Assembly: GCA_037441765.1 (NCBI GenBank)
Contig: JBBIRM010000005.1
Coordinates: forward strand, 1,520-55,189
DNA from: Deltaproteobacteria bacterium
GTDB taxonomy: Bacteria > Desulfobacterota > BSN033 > UBA1163
Reading direction: 5' to 3'
Length of the DNA: 53,670 bases
In this document: positions 52,799 through 53,670 of the stretch, piece by piece
Layout of the letters: the number at the start of each line of letters is the position of its first letter
How positions within the stretch are numbered: the first letter of the stretch is position 1
Position numbers and translations under genes: made by a program
Notes under the pieces: generated by a model
What the model saw: only the letters and a program-made list of their open reading frames with translations
Databases searched by the model: none
What the model was told of the DNA's origin: nothing

Positions 52799-53509
52799 TT
52801 AAAAGATTTTATTCAATTGATCTATGGCATTTTTTGCTGCTTCCTGCTCAGCATCCTTCTTGTTTCCTCCCCACCCAACTCCCTTTACCTCTCCCCCAAT
52901 GATCACTGAGGCCTTAAATCGTTTTTCATGTTCAGGTCCGATTTCCCTCAGAACCTTATATTGAGGAGAGAAACCATAAGACTTCTGAGTATATTCCTGG
53001 AGAAGGCTTTTATAATCATCAAAGAGGCAGGGGGCGATCTCTCCCTCAAGGTAGGGTGCAAAATGTGATCGAATGATATCCAGGGCCTGATCGAATCCAG
53101 AATCCATGAAGATAGCCCCGATCAATGCCTCATAGGCATTTGCCAGAATGGAAGATTTCTTAACCACTTCATTTAAACGTTCTCCTTTCCCGAGGAGAAG
53201 ATATTCTTCAATATGGAGTTTCTTAGAAACCTGAACTAATGTGCTCTTTTTAACAAGGGATGCCCTCTTTTTTGAAAGGATACCCTCAGGGGCTTCAGGA
53301 AATTTGAGAATGAGTAGCTGGCCTATCGCAAGATTAAGCACAGCGTCCCCAAGAAATTCCAGAACCTCATTGGACTCTTTTGGAGAGAGGGTGGACTCAT
53401 TGATGTGAGAGCTATGGGTAAGTGCCTTTTCAAGTAAACGGATATCTTTAAAAGAATATCCAAGGTGTTTCTCCACTACCTTTAAGGCCTCCCATCTTTT
53501 TTCATCCAT
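52799..53509 (-). CDS. rnc: Ribonuclease III
   Basis: RNase III signature NEVLEFLGDAVLNL, the catalytic ANAYEALIGAIF region and a C-terminal dsRBD (KSLLQEY ... GGNKKDAEQEAAKNA). Confidence 0.9.
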   Translation of the reverse strand: MDEKRWEALKVVEKHLGYSFKDIRLLEKALTHSSHINESTLSPKESNEVLEFLGDAVLNLAIGQLLILKFPEAPEGILSKKRASLVKKSTLVQVSKKLHIEEYLLLGKGERLNEVVKKSSILANAYEALIGAIFMDSGFDQALDIIRSHFAPYLEGEIAPCLFDDYKSLLQEYTQKSYGFSPQYKVLREIGPEHEKRFKASVIIGGEVKGVGWGGNKKDAEQEAAKNAIDQLNKIF

Positions 53510-53670
53510 GTTCTATCACCCTTCCAATTAAGCCCTTCTCGCCCTCACCCGTGATCCATACCTTCAATTCTCGATTAATCCACGCAGGAGGCGTCTCTCT
53601 TTCATTGTATAAATCCAGAAGGACAGGAATATAGTTTCTTGAGATCCCTATCCACTTACCGGTCTTCTTG
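53502..53670 (-). CDS. 3' end of an unidentified CDS running into the window edge
   Basis: The open frame ...KKTGKWIGISRNYIPVLLDLYNERETPPAWINRELKVWITGEGEKGLIGRVIEHG ends in a TGA that overlaps the rnc start (ATGGATGA). It is too short to be in the ORF track. Confidence 0.35.
   Translation of the reverse strand, partial: KKTGKWIGISRNYIPVLLDLYNERETPPAWINRELKVWITGEGEKGLIGRVIEHG

Noticed and set aside
1-53670. Mobile elements, CRISPR arrays, prophage or defence islands.
   Set aside because: I found no transposase, integrase or recombinase-like ORF, no terminal inverted repeats, no regularly spaced direct repeats and no Cas-like genes. The accessory-looking parts are metabolic and redox gene clusters instead.

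Overview
This is a 53.7-kb gene-dense bacterial chromosomal window with about 50 CDS, most on the minus strand, and it looks moderately AT-rich by eye. I found no rRNA, tRNA, CRISPR array, transposase or integrase.

Content from left to right:
- Housekeeping genes: a J-domain co-chaperone, a Lon-like protease, rsmE and rlmD.
- hisI-hisG behind a DUF72 gene, then a 1155-aa GH13-family protein.
- A lexA-dinB SOS unit whose promoter carries a perfect 18-bp palindrome.
- A 2-oxoacid dehydrogenase E1alpha/E1beta/E2 operon.
- A doxX / ubiA-family / thioredoxin-like unit, then leuC-leuD and a short hsp20.
- Two tiny ORFs, one of them extremely Cys-rich.
- A ~12.6-kb, 13-gene respiratory string: SCO1, an A2-type caa3 oxidase, haem O synthase, a pentahaem cytochrome c + molybdopterin-family + FeS + NrfD module (ACIII/Qrc/Psr type), cytochrome c, cytochrome b5-DUF2231 and citrate synthase.
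- A GH57 enzyme.
- A ~12.3-kb redox island. It holds AOR-family / ferredoxin / HdrD-like / HdrA-like / MvhD-like genes ordered like bamBCDEF of the class II (tungsten/selenium) benzoyl-CoA reductase. Instead of bamGHI they are followed by DUF3795, a membrane-bound Hdr-like FeS oxidoreductase and etfB-etfA.
- A small AbrB-like + GNAT pair, a radical SAM gene and rnc.

Key annotation point: the ORF track breaks four genes at in-frame TGA codons. In three of them (HdrA-like, MvhD-like and a thioredoxin-like protein with a U-P-H-C motif) the TGA sits exactly where homologues have a redox Cys and is followed by a hairpin. I call these selenocysteine codons. The fourth, in the leuC-like gene, is unresolved between Sec recoding and a pseudogene.

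The most interesting candidate for a new system is the Bam-type HdrA/MvhD module joined to an ETF/membrane quinone module. All functional calls come from reading motifs by eye; no database search was possible.
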